Assembly: GCA_001783335.1 (NCBI GenBank)
Contig: MFLU01000016.1
Location: 688-64,687, forward strand
DNA: 64,000 bases
Direction: 5' to 3'
From: Candidatus Kaiserbacteria bacterium RIFCSPLOWO2_01_FULL_50_24
GTDB taxonomy: Bacteria > Patescibacteriota > Minisyncoccia > Phycocordibacterales > UBA2100
The notes below the pieces were generated by a model. That model saw only the letters and a program-made list of their open reading frames with translations. It was not told the origin of the DNA and made no database searches. The translations under genes and the position numbers were made by a program. Below, one piece after another: positions 40,383 to 49,961 of this stretch; the first letter of the stretch is position 1, and every line of letters begins with the position of its first letter.

Positions 40383-41729
40383 ATGGAACCTGTTCAAGCG
40401 AACCCGTCGGCCAAACAATGGTCAGCTCCACATTGGACCAAACCGGATGTGATAACGACACCAAAACACGAAACCGACAAAGTGCGCATCGGATTCATCG
40501 GCATGGGCAAGCTTGGCCTCCCATGCGCGCTTGCAATGGATATGCACGGGCACGATGTAATGGGCTACGATGTAGACGCCAGCCGCATGCAAAAACGCAC
40601 CATCAATTATCGCGAAACGGCACCGGACGGCGTATCTCCTCTTGAGCCGCTCTTGCGCGAAAGCAATCTCAAATTCGGTCTCATAGAAGACGTGGTAAAG
40701 CATTCCGAAATCATCTTCGTTGCAATTCAAACTCCGCACGAAGAGCGCTATGAAGGCATCACCCGCGTTCCCGATGAGCGCATAGATTTCAACTACGACC
40801 ATCTTGCGAAAGGAATTGCGCAACTTTCGCGCGCAATTGAAGAGAACGGCGAGGATAGGATTGTTGTTATTATATCCACAGTCCTACCCGGCACCCTAAA
40901 GAGTCGGATTTTCCCTGTTATAAACAGGCACGTGAAGCTTTGCTACAATCCATTTTTTATCGCGATGGGCACCACAATGCGCGATTTCCTTAACCCAGAA
41001 TTCGTCCTCTTTGGCGTTGTAGATAATGCGGCGGCGGCTAAGGTTGAGAAATTTTACAAAACGCTCCACAACGGCACGTTTTACCGCACCACCCTTGAAA
41101 ACGCCGAGTTGATTAAAGTCGCCTACAACACCTTCATCGGCATGAAAATTGTGTACGCGAACGTGATGATGGAAATTTGCCACAAGATCGGCGGTACTAT
41201 GGATGTGGATGCTATAACGGGCGCAATGAAACTTGCGACAGACCGGCTCATCAGCCCGAAATATCTCACGGCCGGCATGGGCGACGGCGGAGGATGCCAC
41301 CCGCGCGACAACATCGCAATGTCATGGCTCTCCCGCAAACTTGACCTTTCATACGATTTTTTTGACGCGCTCATGGTGGCGCGCGAAAATCAGACCGAGT
41401 GGCTCGCCAAACTCATGCTTGAACATAAGGACCTACCCAAAGTGATTCTAGGCAAGGCGTTCAAGCCGGAAACAAATCTGGTAACCGGCAGTCCATCAAT
41501 TCTTCTCAAAAATCTTCTGGAAGAGATGGGGCATGAAGTAACGATGTACGATCCCTATCTTGATGGTCCCATGCCGGACTTCGGAGTAAGTGTGTTCTTC
41601 ATCGGCACCAAGCACCCGCAATTTGCCACAATGACGTTCCCTAAAGGTTCGGTAGTAATAGACCCGTGGCGCTACATTCCAAAACAGGATTGGGTGAAGG
41701 TCATCCCCGTCGGCGCCCCCGGCAAATAA
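40383..41729 (+). CDS. UDP-glucose/GDP-mannose dehydrogenase family protein
   Basis: GFIGMGKLGLP, STVLPGT, GGGCHPRD, LGKAFKPET. Confidence 0.88.
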   Translation: MEPVQANPSAKQWSAPHWTKPDVITTPKHETDKVRIGFIGMGKLGLPCALAMDMHGHDVMGYDVDASRMQKRTINYRETAPDGVSPLEPLLRESNLKFGLIEDVVKHSEIIFVAIQTPHEERYEGITRVPDERIDFNYDHLAKGIAQLSRAIEENGEDRIVVIISTVLPGTLKSRIFPVINRHVKLCYNPFFIAMGTTMRDFLNPEFVLFGVVDNAAAAKVEKFYKTLHNGTFYRTTLENAELIKVAYNTFIGMKIVYANVMMEICHKIGGTMDVDAITGAMKLATDRLISPKYLTAGMGDGGGCHPRDNIAMSWLSRKLDLSYDFFDALMVARENQTEWLAKLMLEHKDLPKVILGKAFKPETNLVTGSPSILLKNLLEEMGHEVTMYDPYLDGPMPDFGVSVFFIGTKHPQFATMTFPKGSVVIDPWRYIPKQDWVKVIPVGAPGK

Positions 41730-41767
41730 AATATGTTGAAAATTGCGATCTGCTTCGCTGTGGGCAT

Positions 41768-42676
41768 ATGAACTATCCGAAAATATCCGTCGTTATACAG
41801 TGTTTTAATCGTGAGCAGTATATTGCCGAGGCGATAGAGTCGGTCGTAAATCAGGGATATCCAAACCTTGAGTGTATCGTTATAGATGACGATTCCACCG
41901 ACGGTAGTTGGAAAGTTATAGAGCGGTACAAAGACCGACTAACCTATTGCGAAAAATGGCCGGGGAAGCGCACATCACCCATTTACGCGTTCAACCGCGG
42001 ATTTGCGAAATCAACAGGTGAGATTTTATATTCCCTAAACGACAAAAATAAACTCATGCCCGGCTCACTTTTTGCTGTAGCAAAAGTATTCAGTGAATTT
42101 CCTGATGTTCTATGGCTCACCGGCATCGGCCTCCTTATTGACAGCGACGGAATTATTGTAAACGTGATTCCGGTAAGAAAGGACTTCTACGAACACCTCG
42201 TCGGCTTTCCGTGGGCAATACAACATGAGTCCACATTCTGGCGCCGCTCGCTCTGGGAGAAGACGGGAGGAAAACTTGACGAAGAATATCCGTGGGCATT
42301 TGATGCCGGACTGTGGCGCAAATTCTTTTTTAAAGCAAAGCTACACCATTTGAATACGGTACTTGGCGCGTATCGTAAGACCCCGAGTGCGATGAGTAGC
42401 GCTCGCAAAGAGGAATTTTACGGCTATTACACAAAAGCCCGTGAAGACATGCGCCGCAGGGCATCGACATCGAACATAGTGTACATGAATATATATAGAG
42501 TACTCCGATTGTTCAAGCCGATTCTGCGCAATATTCCAGATGGAGTGTGGGCAAATATTCCCGTGTTGCGAAGATTTTCTCATGAGGCCATCTCATTTCA
42601 AAATCTCAACAACAGCTCCGCGCCGCAACTCAAACGCTACAAACGAAACCCTTTTAGAACGATATTTCCTTGGTGA
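41768..42676 (+). CDS. GT2 glycosyltransferase
   Basis: ISVVIQCFN, IDDDSTDGS, QHESTFWRR. Confidence 0.85.
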   Translation: MNYPKISVVIQCFNREQYIAEAIESVVNQGYPNLECIVIDDDSTDGSWKVIERYKDRLTYCEKWPGKRTSPIYAFNRGFAKSTGEILYSLNDKNKLMPGSLFAVAKVFSEFPDVLWLTGIGLLIDSDGIIVNVIPVRKDFYEHLVGFPWAIQHESTFWRRSLWEKTGGKLDEEYPWAFDAGLWRKFFFKAKLHHLNTVLGAYRKTPSAMSSARKEEFYGYYTKAREDMRRRASTSNIVYMNIYRVLRLFKPILRNIPDGVWANIPVLRRFSHEAISFQNLNNSSAPQLKRYKRNPFRTIFPW

Positions 42677-42691
42677 TCATAACCGACTTGC

Positions 42692-42800
42692 AAACCGGCT
42701 CCGGTTTCTGGCTCCCCGCCCGACCGAACGGTCGTTCGGGCAGGCTCGGCTCGGAAATGAAAATGAGTATATTTTCATTTCACTCGCTCTACGTCGCCAG
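42692..42800. other. Branched self-complementary element between convergent genes
   Basis: CTGGC...GCCAG closing stem; GAAATGAAAAT/ATTTTCATTTC hairpin flanked by GGCTCG and CTCGCTC. Confidence 0.65.
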
Positions 42801-43893
42801 TCAAAAAAGCTGTGATGCGCTCCGCGCGCTTGGACCAGCTAAATTGAGTGGCTTTTGCTTTCCCTGCCTCCGCGAGCTCGTGCGCCCTTTTTGGATCATT
42901 AATCAATTGTTTAATACCGGCAGCCAAGGCGTAGGAGTCATCCGGCAACACAAACAATGCGGTGCCGTCGGCGATAGAGCGTGTGCTGGGAAGGTCGGAA
43001 ACGACTACTGGACGGCCTGATGCAAGATGCGCAATTAGTTTGAGTGGGGAAGTGAAGCGTGCCGAAATTTCATTCTTACCCGTGTTTGGCACCACGAGCA
43101 CATCCCCAGCCACCTGATTGTGCGCGAGTTCCCTATATGGTCTGAATCCTAAAAAATGGACGTGCGGGTATTGAGGGGAGAGCTTTTCAATCTGCCCTAT
43201 CTCTCCTCCAATAACGGCAACTTTAATGTTCTGTAAAATCTTTGATGCTTGAAGGAGCGTATCTACCCCCTTCCATCCATCCAACCGACCTATGTAGAGC
43301 GCGATTTTTTCATGTTGCGGCAAACCCAACCGCACGCGTGCCGCTTCTTTTGACTCCGGATTCGCAAAATCATCCAGATCTATACCGTTTGAAACTGCGA
43401 GTAATTTTTGCTTCGGCACGCCGTGCTCCTTGTAAAAATCAACTGCGCCGTTCGTCACCACCACCATGCCGCTCGCGCGGCGTGCGACATACCGCGCCCA
43501 CACATTCCACGCACCGTCATGCGACTCCCAAATAATCTTTTTATTGGTAAGTAGACCGATTAAAGCGAGTACGATTTCGTCGCGGCCATAAATCACATCT
43601 GCCACATGTCTCCATATATGGAGACATGTGGAGAGACCGAAGACGACGGACTCGAATACATACCCTACAGCACACCAACCGATAGTATCGATAGTAAAAA
43701 GCCGTGTAATCGGCAGACATATTTTGAGTCCATAATACGCGCAGGCATCTTCCTTGATGGGGCTATGTCTCTGAGGCACAATAAGCTTGAGATTGTGGCC
43801 CAATAATGCAAACGCCTCGCACGACTTCATAATCTGCACGCCGTGCGCTTTTTCGGTCGGCAGTCGAACATTTGCAATGTAAAGAATTTTCAT
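42775..43893 (-). CDS. GT4 glycosyltransferase
   Basis: YIGRLDGWKG, FTSPLKL, SGRPVVVSDLP. Confidence 0.88.
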   Translation of the reverse strand: MKILYIANVRLPTEKAHGVQIMKSCEAFALLGHNLKLIVPQRHSPIKEDACAYYGLKICLPITRLFTIDTIGWCAVGYVFESVVFGLSTCLHIWRHVADVIYGRDEIVLALIGLLTNKKIIWESHDGAWNVWARYVARRASGMVVVTNGAVDFYKEHGVPKQKLLAVSNGIDLDDFANPESKEAARVRLGLPQHEKIALYIGRLDGWKGVDTLLQASKILQNIKVAVIGGEIGQIEKLSPQYPHVHFLGFRPYRELAHNQVAGDVLVVPNTGKNEISARFTSPLKLIAHLASGRPVVVSDLPSTRSIADGTALFVLPDDSYALAAGIKQLINDPKRAHELAEAGKAKATQFSWSKRAERITAFLTGDVERVK

Positions 43894-43902
43894 AAGCGTT
43901 GT

Positions 43903-44166
43903 TCAATCGCCGTAGAGTTCAGGATGTGTACCTATGGCGCGAAGTTCTATGATGTCTGGTGTGATTTTTCGATATACTACCCGATAGTCACCGGTTATAT
44001 TTATACTGCGACATCCGTCGTACGGAGAGTGCAGGGGGTGATCATTGAGAAGCGGATGACGTGCATCCCGCATGAGAAGTTCGACTCGTTCCCGCGCCTT
44101 AAGGCGCAACGCTATAGGCAATTTTTTCGCCTGTTTTACAAATCGCCGATGTCGAACGACCTGCAT
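43903..44166 (-). CDS. RelE/YafQ-family mRNA interferase toxin
   Basis: LNDHPLH...RSINITGDYRVVY...IGTHPELY. Confidence 0.8.
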   Translation of the reverse strand: MQVVRHRRFVKQAKKLPIALRLKARERVELLMRDARHPLLNDHPLHSPYDGCRSINITGDYRVVYRKITPDIIELRAIGTHPELYGD

Positions 44167-44175
44167 ACGTTGGCA

Positions 44176-44448
44176 TTACACCAAATCGGCGAATGCCTCC
44201 TCAACACTGTTGAATACTTCGAAATTCTTCCCCGATTTCAGGTCTTTCTCCTGCTGACGCAATATGCGTGCGAGATAGGGAGTGGGCTTAAGAGACGGTC
44301 TTTCGTCAAATGTAATCACCTTGCGCTCTACAAACTCCTTCACGAGACGATTCATGACGGCGGAGAAAGGTATCCCCATGCGCTTCGCGGTTTCCTGCGC
44401 GGATACCTTGAGCTTTTTATCGGTCTTAAAAATTACGGTTGTTTGCAT
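44176..44448 (-). CDS. RelB/DinJ-family antitoxin
   Basis: MQTTVIFKTDKKLKVSAQETAKRMGIPFSAVM...FNSVEEAFADL; directly upstream of the toxin. Confidence 0.8.
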   Translation of the reverse strand: MQTTVIFKTDKKLKVSAQETAKRMGIPFSAVMNRLVKEFVERKVITFDERPSLKPTPYLARILRQQEKDLKSGKNFEVFNSVEEAFADLV

Positions 44449-44482
44449 ATACTGCAATATATACCAAGGTATAAAGTTGTCA

Positions 44483-44620
44483 ACCCCCACACCTATTGAG
44501 GCGTCATCGCGTGTGTGTTTTTGGACGTATGTGTTATGCGTTCCGTGTTTTTGCAAAACAACTTTTGAAGACATACGTTACGAGCAATAGGAAACACAAC
44601 GTCTCAATAGGTGTGGGGGT
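44483..44620. repeat. 138-nt long hairpin / MITE-like element with CCCCCACACC termini
   Basis: ACCCCCACACCTATTGAGGCGT pairs with ACGTCTCAATAGGTGTGGGGGT; inner ACGTATGT/ACATACGT. Confidence 0.8.
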
Positions 44621-44787
44621 CAATCCCGTAGGGTGAGGATAAAAAGCCCGTCCCGTCGATCTCCGTGGGTCGAAGTGACCTGCTCCACGGGGTATTGCAC
44701 GCCAATAAAAAATGGTGGTACTGATTCTCAAACGGCACGAATTCTTTTTCGATGACGAATCGCCACTCAACAATATACCCATCCTTC

Positions 44788-45066
44788 TCATTCTAACGTT
44801 TTGCAAAATGTTAGAACGTGATTGGCGCGCGGCGTTAGCTTATGCCGCACATCCCGCCCCGCATGGCGCTTCATCACAAGGCCCGCAATGGCGAGTTTTC
44901 GTATGTGGTCGGACGCATTCTCATAGCCGATGTTTAGTGTTTCGGAGATCTCTTCAACAGAGAGCTCCGGACGCCGATGCAATAACCCTAGAATCTCGAG
45001 CCTCCGATGATTCGCAAACCCCTTCACGATACGCTCCATCACGCGGCATGACTTAACTTTTACCAT
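44788..45066 (-). CDS. ArsR/SmtB-like winged-HTH protein, paralog 3
   Basis: MVKVKSCRVMERIVKGFANHRRLEIL...ASDHIRKLAIAGLV; start reassigned to ATG 45066. Confidence 0.8.
   Translation of the reverse strand: MVKVKSCRVMERIVKGFANHRRLEILGLLHRRPELSVEEISETLNIGYENASDHIRKLAIAGLVMKRHAGRDVRHKLTPRANHVLTFCKTLE
44791..44816. repeat. Palindrome C, copy inside the last codons of paralog 3
   Basis: TTCTAACGT-TTTGCAAA-ATGTTAGAA. Confidence 0.85.
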
Positions 45067-45081
45067 ACCGCCAGTGTACAA

Positions 45082-45218
45082 CATACAAACGTTTTGCAAA
45101 ACGTTTGTATGAAATGTGTAATACCCGAGTGAAAATGTTTGTATGAAATGAAAGTGGAAAACAGTGTATAACACTCAAACGTTTTGCAAAACGTTTGTAT
45201 GAAATGTTTGAATGAAAT
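45082..45218. promoter_or_regulatory. Palindrome C array (full sites 45082-45111 and 45176-45197, plus half-sites)
   Basis: CATACAAACGTTTTGCAAAACGTTTGTATG is a perfect 30-mer; half-sites at 45132-45150 and about 45205-45218. Confidence 0.85.
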
Positions 45219-45261
45219 TGGAGAAGGTACACATATTAACTTTTGTTATCTCTAATGGGGT

Positions 45262-45888
45262 TCATACCTTTGGCGTAAGAACAAAAAAGTGATGGTATTG
45301 ATTTTCAAATGGCACATACTCCTTTTCAATCACGAAGTGTTTCAATAAATTATTGCGGAGTCGTTGCACCGAGTATCCACGCTTCCCGAGCTCCCAATAG
45401 TGCTGTCCGTTGAAAAAATGCTGAATAGGATAGGGGACTTTAATCGCAAATTTCAGCTCCGGTAAAAAGGGAAGTTTGAGGAGGAATGTAAGCGGAGGGC
45501 CGAAGTGTGGGACACTTATTAAAACTTTTTTCTTTGCAACGCGCACGAGCTCGGATAGGGAAGTGTCAAGCTTTTCAAAAGGCAAATGTTCCAAAACTTC
45601 AAACGCACACGCAATATCAAACGATTTATCCGCGAACGGAAGTGCCGTAATAGAACCTACAACATCAGCACCGACGTCATCTGCGATATCTACGGATGTG
45701 TATCTAATCTCGGTGTTCCGAGTTAGGTAACTTGACACTACCCCATCCCCTATTCCTACTTCTAACACAGACGCGGGCTTTACTCCGATAATTTCCGAAA
45801 GTTGATGGTGATAACTCGCCCATCGATCCATTCCGCAATAGCGGAAAAATTCGTATACACTCTTGTCTACTTGTTTTTGAGTATCCAT
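45262..45888 (-). CDS. Class I SAM-dependent methyltransferase
   Basis: VLEVGIGDG, LPFADKSFD, FEVLEHL. Confidence 0.85.
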   Translation of the reverse strand: MDTQKQVDKSVYEFFRYCGMDRWASYHHQLSEIIGVKPASVLEVGIGDGVVSSYLTRNTEIRYTSVDIADDVGADVVGSITALPFADKSFDIACAFEVLEHLPFEKLDTSLSELVRVAKKKVLISVPHFGPPLTFLLKLPFLPELKFAIKVPYPIQHFFNGQHYWELGKRGYSVQRLRNNLLKHFVIEKEYVPFENQYHHFFVLTPKV

Positions 45889-46796
45889 ACAAGTTTTTCT
45901 ATAAGCGCGGTGAGCGAATGCTCGCGACGCACATACTCCCGGTCGGCGGATTCTAGATGTTTGAGCGCAGGGTCGCGGGTAACGACTGGCAAACCGCACG
46001 CAAGCGCCTCCAAAACCACCTTGTCCAAACTCCCCGTCTCGCTCGTGTGCAGCAAGACAAAAGCTTTTCTGTATTCATCACGCAGTTGCAGTTGCGTCAT
46101 AGCGCCTAAAAACTCGACGTGGGTGTTAAGTGAGTGTGTCAGTGCCTCGAGATTTTTCCGCTCCGGCCCCTCCCCCGCGATGTGCAAAACTCGGCCCTGC
46201 TCGGTGGACATATGGATAGCAAGGTCGTGTCGTTTACTTTTATTAAGCCGCCCCGCAGAGAGCGCGTGCTCTCCTCGCGGCACGTTTGGATCAGGCGTGA
46301 AAAAATCGGTATCAATGCCATGGCCAACCACCTGCACTTTTTTGCTCGGGAGTCTAAAACTTTCACGCGACGCGGTAAAAATAATGTCGGCAAATTTTTC
46401 TGCTATCCGGAGTTTAAGATCCACACTCTTGTGCGTGTACCATAGTGCCGTTTTTTTGCCCAACAAGCGCCACAGCCATCCGGCCATCACCAGATACTCC
46501 GGATTCATGTGCACAAAAACCGCATCGTAGTTGCGCCGCTTCTGCCAGATTAGTCGCCAAAATCGAAAAACGTATACAAGGCGGTGCAGAAATTCCAAAT
46601 TCCAAATTCCAAATTCCAAAGATTCCTTTCCGAGCGAATGCACCGCAACATTTTCAGGCAAATTGTGAACGCTTTCTTTCAAACAAATCACGTGTACTTT
46701 CTCGCAATTTTTCGCAAATTCCTCAATCCAACGGTGAAAAAAACCGAGAACGGAATCGTTCTGGTCTACAACCTGCGTTACGATGAGAAGTCGCAT
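45867..46796 (-). CDS. GT4 glycosyltransferase
   Basis: GHGIDTD, SAGRL, GSLDKVVLEALACG. Confidence 0.85.
   Translation of the reverse strand: MRLLIVTQVVDQNDSVLGFFHRWIEEFAKNCEKVHVICLKESVHNLPENVAVHSLGKESLEFGIWNLEFLHRLVYVFRFWRLIWQKRRNYDAVFVHMNPEYLVMAGWLWRLLGKKTALWYTHKSVDLKLRIAEKFADIIFTASRESFRLPSKKVQVVGHGIDTDFFTPDPNVPRGEHALSAGRLNKSKRHDLAIHMSTEQGRVLHIAGEGPERKNLEALTHSLNTHVEFLGAMTQLQLRDEYRKAFVLLHTSETGSLDKVVLEALACGLPVVTRDPALKHLESADREYVRREHSLTALIEKLVWILKNK
46590..46620. repeat. (AAATTCC)4 heptamer tandem inside a GT4 gene
   Basis: Four perfect units; translates as LEFGIWNLEF. Confidence 0.9.
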
Positions 46797-47674
46797 GGTG
46801 ACATCGCATTTTTGCCATATACACCTTCCAGTAAGTCGGAATCTTTTCTGGAAGACACGAGCAAATCATTATTCTTGCACTCAAGCGCTTTCAGAACATT
46901 CAATCCCTTTTTATCATCCGGTAGACACTCCGCATACAATGTGCGAAGCGCCGCAAAATCTTTAATGAAACAGTGTCCGCCTGCGCCGCGCCCCTCTTTC
47001 GCCCCTTCGTGCCCGCTTGAATGCTTGACGCGCAGGTGCGAGCCGCCGATGCGCGGGTCAGCAGCAATCGCCCCCTGTATCACCTGCCAATCGGCCCCTT
47101 CTTTTTCTGCGAGGTCATGCATGATGTTCGCAAAAATTACTTTGAGATACAGAAACGCGTTGCCTGCATATTTTATGATCTCCGATTCCCGCGACGTGCA
47201 AATGAGATTGAATGGCGCTTCCGGAAGTACGGCAAGTACTTTTTTTGCCGCTTCCTCATACTTCCCACTGCGCTCCGGCACACCAACAATGTTACGCTCC
47301 GGATTTGAAGCGTTATGTGAGGCGGTCGCTTCGGCAAGAAATTCCGGAGAATGTAGAATTATTTTATTCGGATACTGTTTTTGGATTGATTCGGTCGTCC
47401 CTGGAAGCACGGTGGACTTTATGACCGCTATATTTCCCTCGCCCACCAACGCGACAACCGAGCGCACTATGGAATCATCAAATCCTTTTTCCGTTGTCGG
47501 CGTCGGCACTGCAACGAACACGATATCGCTCGAGCTTATTTTTTCCTTATTCTGACTGTACACTTCGCTCCGCGCATAGCGCACCGGCTCATACCCGCGC
47601 CGCTCAAAATCGTTAGCGTAGTTTTTGCCTATAAACCCCTGCCCAATAAATCCTATGGTTGGTTTCTCCACCAT
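46778..47674 (-). CDS. UDP-glucose/GDP-mannose dehydrogenase family protein (short form)
   Basis: GFIGQGFIG, KSTVLPGTT, SPEFL, GAGGHCFIKD. Confidence 0.85.
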   Translation of the reverse strand: MVEKPTIGFIGQGFIGKNYANDFERRGYEPVRYARSEVYSQNKEKISSSDIVFVAVPTPTTEKGFDDSIVRSVVALVGEGNIAVIKSTVLPGTTESIQKQYPNKIILHSPEFLAEATASHNASNPERNIVGVPERSGKYEEAAKKVLAVLPEAPFNLICTSRESEIIKYAGNAFLYLKVIFANIMHDLAEKEGADWQVIQGAIAADPRIGGSHLRVKHSSGHEGAKEGRGAGGHCFIKDFAALRTLYAECLPDDKKGLNVLKALECKNNDLLVSSRKDSDLLEGVYGKNAMSPCDFSS

Positions 47675-47684
47675 AATGATTACT

Positions 47685-48746
47685 TTATGGCTGTTTCGTG
47701 CATAACTCAAGGTCTTTCTTAAACTGCTCTAGGTATGACGCTTTGTTTACATATGGATAACCGTGCAATCCGTCGTGTCGCGAGCCACTCTTGAACCACC
47801 CTGAAAGCGCATCTGCAAATTCCTCGGGTTTTGCGACTATGGCGCCTGCCTCGCGCGCTATGCCAACATCCGTTGCAACGACAGGCACGCCGGAGGCAAG
47901 CGCTTCAATTATGACGAGGCCGTAGCCCTCGTAGTGCGAGGTAACGAGCACAAGATCGGCTATCTTGTAGTACAGCACTGCATTCTGCGCGCCCTCAAAA
48001 AACACACGCTCCTCGACATTCAAACGTTTTGCAAAACGTTGCAATGATTCCCTCTCGCGCCCCTCGCCAACAATAATGAGGCAGGAGTCGCGCGGCGCCG
48101 ACGCGGCAAACGCTCTGATTGCGAGCGACACGTTTTTCTCGGGCTCAAGCCGCGCAACCACGAGGATTCTAGTGCGGAAACTCCCAAAACGCGCGGCAAT
48201 TGCGGCATCTTCAGGCGCACTCCGGAGACGCTCAATATCAACGAAGATTGGTAAAACAACTTGGGTAGCTTTTAGCTTATAGCTGCTGGCTTCTAGGGAG
48301 GACTTGAGGTGTTCACTTATGACTCTGATACCATATGCACGAGCAAACACAAAACGTGCTATACAAAGCCGTACAACGTTCCACAGTGGATGCCACCTGA
48401 AATACGGCGAGAACATGTCGGTATGAAGCTGGATGTGAAGTTTTGCACGCGTACCGCGACTCGCAAAATACGCGATGAGTCCGTATTCAAACGGGTCTTG
48501 CGCAGATACGACGTCAATGCCGCGCTCGCGGATGACACATCGAGTTCTTGTGTAGAGCGCCAAAAATCCGGAAACGGGATACAGGGTGAGATTTTGCTCT
48601 TGTATTTCTGTTCTACTACTTTGCGGTGCTCGAGAAATAACGTGAAGTTCGTCAAACAACGTTGCATATTCGCGCATCCGAGCATAGACCGCACTTTCGG
48701 CATCAAAGATAAGCGGATCGTTAGAAACAAATAGTACCTTAGTCAT
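47685..48746 (-). CDS. GT4 glycosyltransferase
   Basis: VARLEPEKN, EGYGLVIIEALASG. Confidence 0.88.
   Translation of the reverse strand: MTKVLFVSNDPLIFDAESAVYARMREYATLFDELHVISRAPQSSRTEIQEQNLTLYPVSGFLALYTRTRCVIRERGIDVVSAQDPFEYGLIAYFASRGTRAKLHIQLHTDMFSPYFRWHPLWNVVRLCIARFVFARAYGIRVISEHLKSSLEASSYKLKATQVVLPIFVDIERLRSAPEDAAIAARFGSFRTRILVVARLEPEKNVSLAIRAFAASAPRDSCLIIVGEGRERESLQRFAKRLNVEERVFFEGAQNAVLYYKIADLVLVTSHYEGYGLVIIEALASGVPVVATDVGIAREAGAIVAKPEEFADALSGWFKSGSRHDGLHGYPYVNKASYLEQFKKDLELCTKQP
48017..48046. repeat. Palindrome C, distal copy inside a GT4 coding sequence
   Basis: CATTCAAACGT-TTTGCAAA-ACGTTGCAATG. Confidence 0.7.
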
Positions 48747-49885
48747 ATGTTTCGAATTTTCGCAATGAGTTTCTCGTGCTCTTTGACAACATCTTCCCAC
48801 CGCCATTCCACCTTGAGCGACAAAACAAACGCGAGTGCCTTTTCGTATGTTTCCTTATCAAGCATACGCTCCATTACCGCCTCGACTTCGCTTTCGTTTT
48901 CAGGATTAAACTGCAGATAATCCGGCAACTCTACCGAGAGTCCGTTGCCACGACTTATAAGCGCCGGTTTCCCGAGCGCAAGCGACTCCATAATAAAATT
49001 CGGGTTGAATTCTGTGAGTGCGGGAGCCAAGGAAACAGAAGACAAGCGAATGAGTTCAAACAATTTATTTTGCTCAACTTTTGGGATAATCGTGAGCGGC
49101 ACGCAGAGTACCTCTGCTTCTTTTTTGAGCGACAAACCTTCCGATCCTTCTCCCACGAACACAAGACGCGCTTCCGCGTGGCGCGCATACACGCGTGCGA
49201 ATGCACGAATCACGCGCGAAAGATTTTTATAGAGCACGAAACGACCGGCAAAAAGAAATGTGAACGTTCCCTCTTCGCGCGTCGCACTCTCGCGCAAAGC
49301 GCCAAACGGATTTTTTATAATCTCTATGCGTGATTCGTCAGCGCCATAATACTGCACATACGACTCTTTAAGTATGGCATTCGGCACCACCGATGCGCGC
49401 GCGGAGCGAATCACGAACCGCATGATGTTAAATAGAAAAGGGTTGTCTGTGGCGTATAGACCGTGTTCGTAGTACGTTTGCATCGACATTAAGCGTTTAC
49501 CCCCTTCTGCCGCTCGCTCCCAAAGCCGGTCGCCGCCGATACGAAGTAAAAACGGTTTTCCGAATAAGCGAGCGGCACACGCGGCCGGCAGACCGCTTGA
49601 GGTGAGATCAAACGCATACACGCAATCACTACGAAGTGAAAAAAGAAAAATCAGTTTTGTAAAAAGAAACCACGAGAGTATGCGCGGCAATGTTCTGCTC
49701 ACACGAACCATGCGATAGCGCTCATCTTTGGCCACACGATCGCCAAACGCAAGCACGGTAACTTTCCAGCCCAGTGATGAAAAATGCTCTGCGATTTTTC
49801 TCACATGCGTCGCGGGCCCTCCCACATCGGGAAAAAAGAGACCGCTTATGAGCAAAACACGTGGTGAATGTACCGCGGCAGTCAT
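48743..49885 (-). CDS. GT4 glycosyltransferase
   Basis: FPDVGGPAT, FAGRFVLYKN, EFNPNFIMESLALG. Confidence 0.85.
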   Translation of the reverse strand: MTAAVHSPRVLLISGLFFPDVGGPATHVRKIAEHFSSLGWKVTVLAFGDRVAKDERYRMVRVSRTLPRILSWFLFTKLIFLFSLRSDCVYAFDLTSSGLPAACAARLFGKPFLLRIGGDRLWERAAEGGKRLMSMQTYYEHGLYATDNPFLFNIMRFVIRSARASVVPNAILKESYVQYYGADESRIEIIKNPFGALRESATREEGTFTFLFAGRFVLYKNLSRVIRAFARVYARHAEARLVFVGEGSEGLSLKKEAEVLCVPLTIIPKVEQNKLFELIRLSSVSLAPALTEFNPNFIMESLALGKPALISRGNGLSVELPDYLQFNPENESEVEAVMERMLDKETYEKALAFVLSLKVEWRWEDVVKEHEKLIAKIRNI

Positions 49886-49961
49886 ATTTCGCAATAATGT
49901 AACGAATAGAGAAAAGAGTCAAAGTTTAAGGCGCCGCCCCATGTGCGGAACAGCGCCTTCA

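Noticed and set aside
44630-44765. Possible riboswitch or tRNA-like sequence
   Set aside because: Only a weak CCGTGG/CCACGG stem; no aptamer or tRNA consensus recognised
45082-45218. Mini-CRISPR from repeated TTTGTATGAAATG units
   Set aside because: Only two full copies plus half-sites with irregular spacing; better explained as operator-like sites
46584-47555. 323-aa plus-strand ORF
   Set aside because: Antisense to a clear dehydrogenase; no motifs of its own
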